Origin: Gemmatimonadota bacterium
Lineage (GTDB): Bacteria; Gemmatimonadota; Gemmatimonadetes; Gemmatimonadales; GWC2-71-9
Reading direction: 5' to 3'
Length of the DNA stretch: 64,000 nucleotides
Assembly (NCBI GenBank): GCA_003246755.1
Contig: QKDC01000094.1
Location: forward strand, 11,139-75,138
Part shown: positions 27,162 through 36,178 of the stretch, in pieces
How the letters are laid out: the number at the start of each line of letters is the position of its first letter
Position numbering within the stretch: the stretch's first letter is position 1
Made by a program: the position numbers and the translations under genes
Notes under the pieces: model-generated
Databases searched by the model: none
Told to the model about the DNA's origin: nothing
Seen by the model: only the letters and a program-made list of their open reading frames with translations

Positions 27162-29891
27162 CTATCCGAGAACTAAGCGGCCAAAGCGCTCGGGGTCTTG
27201 TCGGTCACCCCTGAGGTAGACCCAACCACCCCCTCCGCTCCAGACCAACTGACCGGCCCTGCGTAACCGACCCGACTGGATCTGGTTCACAATGAGATCG
27301 AATCCGACCTCACTGCCTTCGGAAAGTCCGCGAAGTTTCTCATCTGCAACCCGGATCGTGGCACGGTAGCCCGTCTCCGTCTCCTCCCATCCCCCGGTGA
27401 CGCCCGTAGCATCCCCCTCAGCCCACTCCACCCTGCGACTCTCAATCCCCCCCCCCGACAACAGAGACACGACATATCCACGGGGGGCCTCGCCGGGGTG
27501 GTGGAGATAGACCTGAAGCCCCTCGCGGTGGACATCATCGGGATCATTGTCGAGGTCGAGAGGGTCTGCGCCTGGGGTGGCAGGAAGAACTTCGGGCTTC
27601 TCCACCTCGACCGCGAGGTACAGCGCGTCATCATCCCAATTGACCCAGGCCCGCGCGGTAAAAGTCTCCGGGTCGTAGGGCTCCTCACTCCGTCGGTACT
27701 GGTTCTCTTCCCCCAGGATGAGAGGCTCACAGGACGCAAAGCCATCCAATGAGCCGTCCAGCGATGGGATGCTCCAGGTACGGGCCGCCTCGGCGACCGC
27801 GTCCCATGATGGCTTGACCTCAAAAAGTGGCTCGGGTGCGGCCACCCTGGCACGCGCGCCGCCGAGATCCGTCACGCCGCCAGGGTGAGTGACCCGAACT
27901 GCAGTCGGTCCAATGTCATAGTGGTACTGCCCCTCCCCCGTCGCGACGCTCACCGTATCGCCTTGCGCGGTGACCGTGGCGACGGTCCCGACGGACCCGG
28001 CCCCAGCCAAGTCGATCACCGTCACGAGACGTGCACCCCGATTCTTCACTCGCACGACCGGCACCATCCGAGGCCCTGACTCTCCGGGCAGACCTGGGCA
28101 GCTGAGTCGGACCAACTCCGCTGTTCCGTTGGGCAGGTGAAGCTGAAGTCGTCCTCCATTTTCGGCTTCCGCACCGAGAGCGATTGTGGCCGAACTCTCG
28201 GTGACCTCGAACCTCTCGGCGGAGCGGACGAACCGATTCGCGTATTCGATCGTGCTCCAATGGCCGGGGGTAACGACTCTCCATGCAGCATTCAGGTGCC
28301 AGGGAAGCTCCAACTCGATGGGCTCCTGCGCGGAAAACTCCACGATGTCCACGACATGTGTCGGCGCAGAAACAACCGTCCTGGCAACCGCGCCCGCCTC
28401 GCCCCGTATCCATCCCCAACCGTTCCGATCGTCGAACGCGGCGCACCGTGTGCCCTTGTCCCCCGGATTGGAGCCGTCGACGATTGGCGCGTTGTGCGCC
28501 AGGGGCGACCGGAACCACATGAGCTCTGGCTCGACATAGGATCCGGTGCCTGGATCAGGCAACCACAGAGTCTGCTGGGAGTAGAGAGTCAGGTGCAAGC
28601 TGTCGGGGTGCCCGTGGCCACTGCGTCTGTGGCCGCACTCGAGGCTCAGATATCGTTCTGGCCATTGCACGATCGCTAATCCCTGACCGGAGAAGAACCG
28701 GGAAGTGGGTACCCATTCACCGTCGGGTTCCTCGAGTTTCGAGTCCATCCCAAGAAGGGCCCACCAGGAAAGGTCACTCCTGGTCCTCGAGTCTGGAGTA
28801 GAGCGCCCTGCATCATGCAGCCATGCGTCGTAGAAGTCGTCCTTCGGCGCCATTGCGTACAGGCGCTTGAGCCACCGCCCGATGTGCTCATCGCCATGGC
28901 ACCAGGCCCTCCCCACTTCCCAGCACTCGAGGAACGAAGGCTGGGCGAGGCTGATTCCGAACCGGGCGTCACCCCGGGCGGGATAGGTTCCATCCGGGAG
29001 GGCGGTCTCCGCTGGTGCCAGCAGCGCAACCCGGAAGTGGGCGGCGAGATCAGGATCCGATAGCAGGTCGATCCCAAGTGTTCGCCCCCAGAACATCCCC
29101 GTCATCAAGCCGCGAATGGCAAAGAGATGGTAGTTCTCCCCCTCGTGCCACATCCCCTCATCTTCGAACCCATCGGTGAGATGACCGAGCAACCCCGTGC
29201 GTGCCGTCACGGCTGTCTCGGCAAGTTCGTGATCGTCGAACCACGCGGCGATGCTGGCAAGGGCCGCGGCGTGCCAGGTCTGGCGATTTGAGAGTCCTTC
29301 GTTGAACTCACCGATCACGAACGCGGCTTCATCCGCCACCGTATTGACGGCCTCCGTGGCTTCCGCAGATAAGAGACCCCGTTCGCGGAGCAGATAGGCC
29401 CCGGTCAGGTAGTGGGTGATCCAAATCGACTCGAGATAGGTGGAGAAGAAGAGGTGAGTCGGACCGAGAACGTTGTCGCGGTTCGGAAGCTCCATGTAGA
29501 TCCCGGCGTGGGCAATCAGGAGACGATCGGCCAATGTGACCGCCTCGGAGTCTCCCCCCAGAATTCCGAGCAGCGCGAGGTCCGTGGTTCGCTCGGCAAA
29601 CCAAAGATGGCCTGCACGGGCCCAGTGTCGGTCGTGGCGGTCGCCGGTCACTATGACGCCGCACTTCCCGCACCGATGCTCTTTGGAATTGAAGGGATCG
29701 AAGTCGAGCTGGGTTCCGTCATCGGGACAGATTCCGCCGTCTCGAGACAGCAGGGCCTTCAGTCGCGGGGGAACGAGTGATCCATTTCGGAACGGAGTAA
29801 CGCGAGTTCGAATGGTCTCGAGCAGTTGCCGCAGTTCGGCATCGTGCTCCAGGTGTGTGGCGAGCTGGTCCAGTTCGGGGCCATTCAACAC
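27162..29891 (-). CDS. heparinase II/III-like protein with N-terminal Zn-ribbon and C-terminal CBM9/DOMON-like domain
   Basis: 909 aa. CPDDG...CGKCG ribbon near the N-terminus. GHGHPDSLHLTLY resembles the heparinase II/III C-terminal motif. The C-terminal DGSLDGF...ARAWVNWDDDALYLAVEV resembles CBM9-type domains. No signal peptide seen. Confidence 0.6.
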   Translation of the reverse strand: MLNGPELDQLATHLEHDAELRQLLETIRTRVTPFRNGSLVPPRLKALLSRDGGICPDDGTQLDFDPFNSKEHRCGKCGVIVTGDRHDRHWARAGHLWFAERTTDLALLGILGGDSEAVTLADRLLIAHAGIYMELPNRDNVLGPTHLFFSTYLESIWITHYLTGAYLLRERGLLSAEATEAVNTVADEAAFVIGEFNEGLSNRQTWHAAALASIAAWFDDHELAETAVTARTGLLGHLTDGFEDEGMWHEGENYHLFAIRGLMTGMFWGRTLGIDLLSDPDLAAHFRVALLAPAETALPDGTYPARGDARFGISLAQPSFLECWEVGRAWCHGDEHIGRWLKRLYAMAPKDDFYDAWLHDAGRSTPDSRTRSDLSWWALLGMDSKLEEPDGEWVPTSRFFSGQGLAIVQWPERYLSLECGHRRSGHGHPDSLHLTLYSQQTLWLPDPGTGSYVEPELMWFRSPLAHNAPIVDGSNPGDKGTRCAAFDDRNGWGWIRGEAGAVARTVVSAPTHVVDIVEFSAQEPIELELPWHLNAAWRVVTPGHWSTIEYANRFVRSAERFEVTESSATIALGAEAENGGRLQLHLPNGTAELVRLSCPGLPGESGPRMVPVVRVKNRGARLVTVIDLAGAGSVGTVATVTAQGDTVSVATGEGQYHYDIGPTAVRVTHPGGVTDLGGARARVAAPEPLFEVKPSWDAVAEAARTWSIPSLDGSLDGFASCEPLILGEENQYRRSEEPYDPETFTARAWVNWDDDALYLAVEVEKPEVLPATPGADPLDLDNDPDDVHREGLQVYLHHPGEAPRGYVVSLLSGGGIESRRVEWAEGDATGVTGGWEETETGYRATIRVADEKLRGLSEGSEVGFDLIVNQIQSGRLRRAGQLVWSGGGGWVYLRGDRQDPERFGRLVLG

Positions 29892-29955
29892 GTTCGTTGC
29901 TTTTCCCTAGGATCGGATTGAGTGCAATGAATCCAGGCCATGGCTCGGGTTCCGG

Positions 29956-30483
29956 CTACCAGCCGTTCCTCGCCCGCAGGGACGTGATGTGCGCTACATG
30001 GTGAGGTCCATGCCACGCATAGAGGGCAAGCAGGGTATCGAGCGTGAGGACGCCCTCCTCGGGGTGGACGAAGGTCCGCTCGAAATCCTCCCCAGACATG
30101 GATTGAAGTACCCTGACCCAGCGCTCGTGAAGGAGGTCCACCATCTGCAACGACGGTCCGATCGGGCCCGTCGAATCCGCGAGATTAGCCCAGGCCTCCT
30201 GGTCGTATGGCTTGATCGTGGGATGATGTTCGGTGAGGGCGAGCTTGAACCGCACGTACGCGTTCAGGTGGCTGTCTGGAACGTGGTGAGCGAGTTGTCG
30301 AACCGTCCACCCACCCGGCCGATACGGCGTATCGAGTTGTCTGTCCGACAAGTCACCCACAGCCTCCCGAAGCCGAGGCGGGGTTGCGGCGATGATCGCG
30401 ATTAGACCGGCCCGGCTCGCGGGGTCGGAGTGCGACGGTGCCCTAAAGGTCCCGATTGGATACCGGAGGTCGGTCTCCCTCAC
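29956..30483 (-). CDS. YfiT/DinB family metal-dependent hydrolase (putative thiol S-transferase)
   Basis: YPIGTF N-terminus. His triad contexts LAHHVPDSHLNAY and YAWHGPHHVAHI. Length matches B. subtilis YfiT-type proteins. Confidence 0.85.
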   Translation of the reverse strand: MRETDLRYPIGTFRAPSHSDPASRAGLIAIIAATPPRLREAVGDLSDRQLDTPYRPGGWTVRQLAHHVPDSHLNAYVRFKLALTEHHPTIKPYDQEAWANLADSTGPIGPSLQMVDLLHERWVRVLQSMSGEDFERTFVHPEEGVLTLDTLLALYAWHGPHHVAHITSLRARNGW

Positions 30484-31523
30484 GGCTCGTGGTGGTGGGT
30501 TCCATGGCCCATCTCCAAACCAACCATGTTGGCGAGAAGGTTGTGCATGTCGGTGAGATAGACGGGATCAGTGACGTCCACCCCCGGCCACTCGTGGCCG
30601 CTGTCGGGGCGGAAGAGACCCGCAACGGCTCCCATTCCACCAAAGGGGATCGGGGCACCCGTCGTGTTGTCGTAATACACGGTCACCCGATACACATGAG
30701 ATGGTTCGATATGCACCCCTAACCGGTACCACCGGTAGAGTCTTGCCGGCGGTAAGTACGAGACCGTCCCCTTGTCATCTCGTTGTGGTTCCTGATACCA
30801 GATGACTTCGCCCGAGGTCACGTCTTTGAACTCGATCGCCGTAGCGAGATCGTGTACATGACCACCGAGGCCGAGGATCGTCCCGGGCAGGACCGGCTGG
30901 CTCTCCCAGCTGTGTTCGGACTTGCCAACCGGAAGATCGAAGTCCTTACGACCACCTTCACCACCGTTCGGGAACTTGACGTCCATCACCCAGGGGTACG
31001 CCTTGATCAGGGGGAAGACCTTGCCCGGCCGCACAAAATTGAGAATGAGGCGCGGTCGCAACCTCGCCGCGGCGCCGGTCGGGTTGGCAATCATCGCAGC
31101 GGCCATGTACCGAGATCCAGCCGGGACCGGCATCCCAATGAGCAGCCTCGGAACCTTGGGAGACCCTGTCTCCTTGCTGGCCGCCATGATATGAAGAGGG
31201 AGGGGAAGAAAGAGCTCGCGACGATCCGGGTCGGTGAGATTGAAATGATGCAGTCGATCCTCCGGAACAACCGCACCATACTCGTCGCGGACTTCCACAC
31301 GGAAGCCGTAGATCGAAACGTCGAACGGGATGGTCGCGCGATGGACGGGTGTTCGCAGCATGCCTCCGGCCGGAATATCGATCGGCGGCAATTCGATGCT
31401 GATTTCTCGGGCCTCCTCGTTGATTTGGGTATCGGCCATGGGGAGGGTATCCACATCGGCCGGTCCGTACTGGAACCCGGCTTGGGGCAAGGACAAAGAA
31501 GACAACAGCATCAAAGTCAGCAT
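30480..31523 (-). CDS. secreted hypothetical protein with PHM/DBH-like copper-site motif spacing and His-rich tail
   Basis: 347 aa. The CDS itself is well supported; the functional guess is not. IPFDVSIYGFRVEV...RLHHFNL, GGHVHDLA, PFGGMG and the C-terminal EMGHGTHHHEP. 4-nt overlap with the yfiT-like start. Confidence 0.6.
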   Translation of the reverse strand: MLTLMLLSSLSLPQAGFQYGPADVDTLPMADTQINEEAREISIELPPIDIPAGGMLRTPVHRATIPFDVSIYGFRVEVRDEYGAVVPEDRLHHFNLTDPDRRELFLPLPLHIMAASKETGSPKVPRLLIGMPVPAGSRYMAAAMIANPTGAAARLRPRLILNFVRPGKVFPLIKAYPWVMDVKFPNGGEGGRKDFDLPVGKSEHSWESQPVLPGTILGLGGHVHDLATAIEFKDVTSGEVIWYQEPQRDDKGTVSYLPPARLYRWYRLGVHIEPSHVYRVTVYYDNTTGAPIPFGGMGAVAGLFRPDSGHEWPGVDVTDPVYLTDMHNLLANMVGLEMGHGTHHHEP

Positions 31524-31560
31524 TGAGAACCCTCATCCCTTCCCGATGGTCCTTCGTTCA

Positions 31561-32463
31561 TCAAAGGGGAGCCCGTGCCTCGGGTTTCCCCTCCCGCGGG
31601 TTGTTGAACAGCCGCGTGGTTGGATACGCGAAGTCAATGTCGTCCCGTGACCCAAACGCGCGCAAGATCTTCTCCCAGACCTCTTCGGCGGTCTTGCGGC
31701 GCTCATCGGGATGGCAGGCATAACGGATGGTCAACAGTACCCCGGAGTCGGCCACCGACGTGATCACTCTGGGCTCGTCGGCCAGACTCCTGATGGCATA
31801 CCGAGCCGTCTCGCCAGGCCGCTCGCGCCGTACCGGTCGGGTCATACCCCCTATCACTCCACTCAGAAGCTTCTTCGCGTCTTCCCAGTTGCTTTCGAAG
31901 GTGAGGAGTACCGGGATTTCGTTCCAGATGAACGGGAAGCCGGAAGAGTAATTCGCCACCGGTTCAACGAAGACTTTCCCGTTGGGAACATGAATGATCC
32001 GACCCGTGGGTTGATCGGCGTCCACCCAGTTCCCGATCTCGAGCAGGGAGAAGGAGAAGAGTCGAACATCGACAACATCGCCGGCCTTCTGCCCGACCTC
32101 GATCCGGTCGCCAATACGAAACGGCCGGCGCCAGAGGATGAAGGCCCAGCCGGCCAGGTTGGTAATCGGCTGGTTGAGCGCGATCGCGAGGGCCGCGGTC
32201 ATCAGCCCAAGGAACGCCCCGAGCTGCCGCAGACCACTCGACCATATCCAGCCGACAAACAGGACGATCAGAATGACCGTGGCGTACGAGATTCCCTTGC
32301 GCCATCGGAAGCGCATCTCGGGATCGGCGACGTGCCTCCGCACCAACCGCATGGCACCCCAGCGCATCGTACCCAGAACCGCGAGCACCGCGGCGGTGCT
32401 GAGGAGTCCCTGCTGTATCGCCGGACTCAATTCACCCATGCTGAAGAACTCGCCTTGGACCAT
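31561..32463 (-). CDS. small-conductance mechanosensitive channel (MscS family)
   Basis: Three TM helices followed by PFRIGDRIEVGQKAGDVVDVRLFSFSLLE...HVPNGKV, the MscS beta-domain signature. Confidence 0.8.
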   Translation of the reverse strand: MVQGEFFSMGELSPAIQQGLLSTAAVLAVLGTMRWGAMRLVRRHVADPEMRFRWRKGISYATVILIVLFVGWIWSSGLRQLGAFLGLMTAALAIALNQPITNLAGWAFILWRRPFRIGDRIEVGQKAGDVVDVRLFSFSLLEIGNWVDADQPTGRIIHVPNGKVFVEPVANYSSGFPFIWNEIPVLLTFESNWEDAKKLLSGVIGGMTRPVRRERPGETARYAIRSLADEPRVITSVADSGVLLTIRYACHPDERRKTAEEVWEKILRAFGSRDDIDFAYPTTRLFNNPREGKPEARAPL

Positions 32464-34199
32464 CAGGACTCTTCAAAGAGTGTGGGGGGAATGGGACCAC
32501 TTGGTGGCCTGCTCGAAGGCCCTGACGTCGAGGTCGGCTTTGTCCCGACCTGACGTACGTTGAACGCACCAGGGACGTAGTCGCGAGGGAGAGACTCCGG
32601 TGGGATGGCCATCGCGTTACCGTCACGGATTGCGGTGTAGGCCGGTGATGTGATCTCGACGCCGGCTTCGGCGAACACGTCTTGGACCCGTTCGTTGAGC
32701 GCAGAGAGCGTTAACCGCATCCGAGACGCATCCTTCACATACGTGTTCAGCTCGTACGCGGGGTAGTAATCACTGAGGCCCGTCTGGAGGACGAAGGGTG
32801 GTGGCTCCTTCTCGATCCCTTCAGTGGACAATGCCGCCGAAACGAGAAGTTCATGGACCCGTCGCCACGGCACGTCATACCCAATGGTGATCGTGGTTTG
32901 CAGGATGACACCCTGGGTGCGGGCAATCGTACTGTAGTTCAACACGTCGCCACTCATCACTTTGCTATTGGGAATCGTGACCTCGACGTTGTACACCGTG
33001 CGAATCTTGGTCACCAGGAGGGTCCGCGTGACGACGTCACCCAACGTATCACCAATGCGCACGCGGTCGCCGATCTGGAACGAGCGCGAGTACGTCAAGA
33101 GCGTTCCTGCAACCAGGTTTGCGACGGCGCCCGTCGATCCGAGCGAGAACAGCACACCCATGAAGAGAGACACACCCTTGAATGCGTCCGACTTCGATCC
33201 GGGGAGATAGGGAAACATGGCAATCAACGCGAATGCCAAGACCAGAAAGCGTACGAGTTTGTAGGTGGGTTCGGCCCATTCACGCTCAAACCCACCCAGG
33301 GTGATGGCTCCCGAGCCGACGGCGTTGAAGAGGAAGTGGAGTCCCCGAAGGAAGTACTTGGTCACGAGGACGATGACGGCGACGAAGAAGAGATTGGGGA
33401 GGTAATCGAGAATGCTCCGGCCCACGGTACCGAGTGGCCCAACGACATAATCGAGTATCCGTCCCGATGCCCCTGCCGTCCACGGGAAGTAGCCCAGGAC
33501 AAGAACCACGATGAGATAGCCAAGGAGCACCAGCGCGACGCCGCGGACGATCTTGATGAGAAGCAGCAGCGCATCGGCGATCTTGTCGGCCGAAATCACT
33601 TCCAACTGCTGCAGTTTGATGCTCGGGATACGTTTCGAGTGGCGCAGGAAATTGACGAGGCGCAGCAACCTCTCGTAAAGACCGCGCAGCAACCAGAGCA
33701 ACGCCCCCGAGACGAGGAGTGTCAGGACCGTCTTGAGCAGCCCGATGCCAAATTCCCGAAGCTGCCACCGGAAGGCGGTCGAGCTCAGCACACGGGACAA
33801 CTGATCGATGTACTCCGCGGCAAGAGCCTGTCGCGAAACACCCGCCCGCGCCGCATCCGCGGGAAGCACGGCCATGATGGCTCTGTCACCCGCCATGACA
33901 ATGACATCGCCATCGATCTCGATGACGTGAAGGGAGTCCTGGTCGGATTGGTAGGTGCGCGCAATGCTGTCGAGGCGGGCCGTGATCGCTGCGGCCCTTG
34001 CGTCGGCATCAATTGGTCCGAGACGACCGAAGATGCGGAACAGAGTGTCACCCCGAACCACAATCGGGGCTCCGGCAGGGAGGAGGCTGTCCGGAGCTGC
34101 CACCCTAACCGTGTCGGGAGGCAGGGAGTCCTGTACCACCGCCCCCAGGCGACCAGACGGAACGGTCAGTGCTGCAAGGAGGAGGAAACCCACCGACAT
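32463..34199 (-). CDS. large mechanosensitive channel family protein (MscS domain with periplasmic N-terminal extension)
   Basis: SFQIGDRVRIGDTLGDVVTRTLLVTKIRT...TIPNSKV core. Start set at MSVGFLLLAALTV (ATG 34199) to avoid overlap with the upstream GGT-family gene. TGATG junction with the downstream MscS gene. Confidence 0.8.
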   Translation of the reverse strand: MSVGFLLLAALTVPSGRLGAVVQDSLPPDTVRVAAPDSLLPAGAPIVVRGDTLFRIFGRLGPIDADARAAAITARLDSIARTYQSDQDSLHVIEIDGDVIVMAGDRAIMAVLPADAARAGVSRQALAAEYIDQLSRVLSSTAFRWQLREFGIGLLKTVLTLLVSGALLWLLRGLYERLLRLVNFLRHSKRIPSIKLQQLEVISADKIADALLLLIKIVRGVALVLLGYLIVVLVLGYFPWTAGASGRILDYVVGPLGTVGRSILDYLPNLFFVAVIVLVTKYFLRGLHFLFNAVGSGAITLGGFEREWAEPTYKLVRFLVLAFALIAMFPYLPGSKSDAFKGVSLFMGVLFSLGSTGAVANLVAGTLLTYSRSFQIGDRVRIGDTLGDVVTRTLLVTKIRTVYNVEVTIPNSKVMSGDVLNYSTIARTQGVILQTTITIGYDVPWRRVHELLVSAALSTEGIEKEPPPFVLQTGLSDYYPAYELNTYVKDASRMRLTLSALNERVQDVFAEAGVEITSPAYTAIRDGNAMAIPPESLPRDYVPGAFNVRQVGTKPTSTSGPSSRPPSGPIPPTLFEES

Positions 34200-34206
34200 G
34201 GGCGCT

Positions 34207-36066
34207 CTACCAGGCGATGCCATAGTCCTCACCATGATTACTCGAGCCACCCCACATCGAACCATGCTCCCGATCGAAGTAGATCGCGTTGATGGGTCCG
34301 GAGGTCAGTCGCCTGAACTCGAGGTTGTACCCCATCTCTCGGAGGTCTCTGCGAATCCAATCGGGAATCGACTCCGCCATCGTCATCCGACCTGGCTGCG
34401 AGGCGTGATCTCCAAACGAGCTGCGCATCTGAAAGCTGTTGATGTTGGCGGCCTCCACCGCCTCCTGTACGGTCATACCGAATTCGACCACGTTGAGAAA
34501 GAACTGCAGGAGATTCTGGTCCTGGCTGTCGCCGCCCTGGACCGCGAAAGACAGAAATGGTTTGCCCTCTCGCAGGGCCATGCTGGGCGTCAGGGTCACG
34601 CGGGGACGCTGACCAGGACGAACCACATTGAATGGGTTTTCCCTCTCGTCGAGTACGAAACTCTGCATCCGCTGGCTCATGCCGATGCCGGTGTGTCCCG
34701 CGATTGCGGCGGGGATCCACCCACCACTCGGAGTGATGGAAACCACCCAGCCCGACGAGTCCGCGGCCTGGACTGAGGTCGTGCCGGCAAAGAACGCTTC
34801 ATCGTGGTCGGCTTCGCTCGTGGTGACGGGTGTCTTGGGCTTGGGGGGCCACTCGGCAAGAATCGCCTTGTACGGGTTCACCGCCCCCATGAACGGGTAG
34901 GGATCTCCCGGCTTGATGTCGGGGTCGTTGCGATCCGGGTTGATGAGTTTAGCGCGCTCCCGGGCATAGGCCTTACTCAGGAGCCCCGCAACGGGTTCCT
35001 CCGGCGGGGTGTAGATATCGCCGTAGTAGAAATCGCGATCGGCGAACGCAAGGCTCATCGCCTGATAAATACTGTGGATGTACCGGGTGCTGTTGTACCC
35101 CATCGCTTTCAGATCCATCGGCTCTAGAATATTGAGCGCCTGGAGCAGGGCCGGCCCTTGAGTCCAGACATTGAGCTTGTAGACGTCGATGTCCTTGTAT
35201 CTCGTGCTCACCGGTTCCTCGATCCGGACCTTCCAGGCGGCGAGGTCTTCCAAAGTGTGGAGTCCACCGAGTTCCTGAGACCCTCGCACATACTCCTGAG
35301 CGATGTCCCCTTTGTAAAAGCGGTCATAGGCGGCATAAATCGCCTCTTTGCGTGTCTTGCCCTGGCGCAGAGCCCGTCGCTCGGCGTCCACCAACTTCTG
35401 GAGGGTGACAGCCAAGTCCGGCTGACGGAAAATCTCTCCCGCCGCCGGAGCTTCCCGCTTCTCGCCCAAGTGGGTGAGATAGAGATCGCGGGAGTACGAC
35501 CATTCCTTGATCCGTTTCTTGTTGCGTTCGATGTTGTTCGCGGTCTGGGCCTCCATGGGGTATCCCTCAGCCATCTGCATCGCCGGCCGGAGCACCTCTT
35601 CGAGGCTCATGGTTCCATATTCCGCCAACATCGTCATCAACCCGCCGGGTGTGCCCGGGGTGGTCGCGGCGAGGGGGCCGTATTCGGGAGGGTATGGCAG
35701 GTCCTTGCTCTTGAAGAACTCAGGCGTCGCGCCCGTCGGCGCTACGCCCAATGCGTTGATACCTATCACCTTGCCGGTGTTGGGGTTGTAGATCAGGGCT
35801 TGGGTCTCGCCACCCCAACTGAGTACGTCCCACATCGTGGCGGCGGCGGCAAGCATCGCGCTGGCAGCGTCCACCGCATTCCCACCCTGTTGGAAGATCA
35901 TGGCCCCGGCAGTCGCGGCGAGTGGTTTCCCGGTGATGGCAATCCAGTGCCGTCCGTGGAGCGGGGGTTTGGCCGTGCTCTGGGCCGAGAGCGCCATGGG
36001 GAAGAAGCCCAGTGTGAGAGCGGCCATAATAGCCGAAGGTGGGCGGGCACGATGGTTGAAGCGCAT
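34207..36066 (-). CDS. gamma-glutamyltransferase family protein (second paralogue)
   Basis: Start MRFNHRARPPSAIMAALTLGFFPMALSAQ (ATG 36066, with GGAGG upstream). Thr-nucleophile context FFAGTTSVQAADSSGWVVSITPSGG. Confidence 0.85.
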   Translation of the reverse strand: MRFNHRARPPSAIMAALTLGFFPMALSAQSTAKPPLHGRHWIAITGKPLAATAGAMIFQQGGNAVDAASAMLAAAATMWDVLSWGGETQALIYNPNTGKVIGINALGVAPTGATPEFFKSKDLPYPPEYGPLAATTPGTPGGLMTMLAEYGTMSLEEVLRPAMQMAEGYPMEAQTANNIERNKKRIKEWSYSRDLYLTHLGEKREAPAAGEIFRQPDLAVTLQKLVDAERRALRQGKTRKEAIYAAYDRFYKGDIAQEYVRGSQELGGLHTLEDLAAWKVRIEEPVSTRYKDIDVYKLNVWTQGPALLQALNILEPMDLKAMGYNSTRYIHSIYQAMSLAFADRDFYYGDIYTPPEEPVAGLLSKAYARERAKLINPDRNDPDIKPGDPYPFMGAVNPYKAILAEWPPKPKTPVTTSEADHDEAFFAGTTSVQAADSSGWVVSITPSGGWIPAAIAGHTGIGMSQRMQSFVLDERENPFNVVRPGQRPRVTLTPSMALREGKPFLSFAVQGGDSQDQNLLQFFLNVVEFGMTVQEAVEAANINSFQMRSSFGDHASQPGRMTMAESIPDWIRRDLREMGYNLEFRRLTSGPINAIYFDREHGSMWGGSSNHGEDYGIAW

Positions 36067-36178
36067 GGAACCTCCACGAATACCACAAGGTGATAACGGC
36101 TTCGGAAACGATCCCGAGAGAATCGACCCGGCCTGAGGGTCTGTCAACACATCCCGGGGCTCGTGTATCATAAGCACC

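Noticed and set aside
32853-34292. 479-aa plus-strand ORF antisense to the large MscS gene
   Set aside because: Same reasoning: a highly charged, low-complexity translation (runs of R, D, E and H), while the minus strand gives a canonical MscS core.
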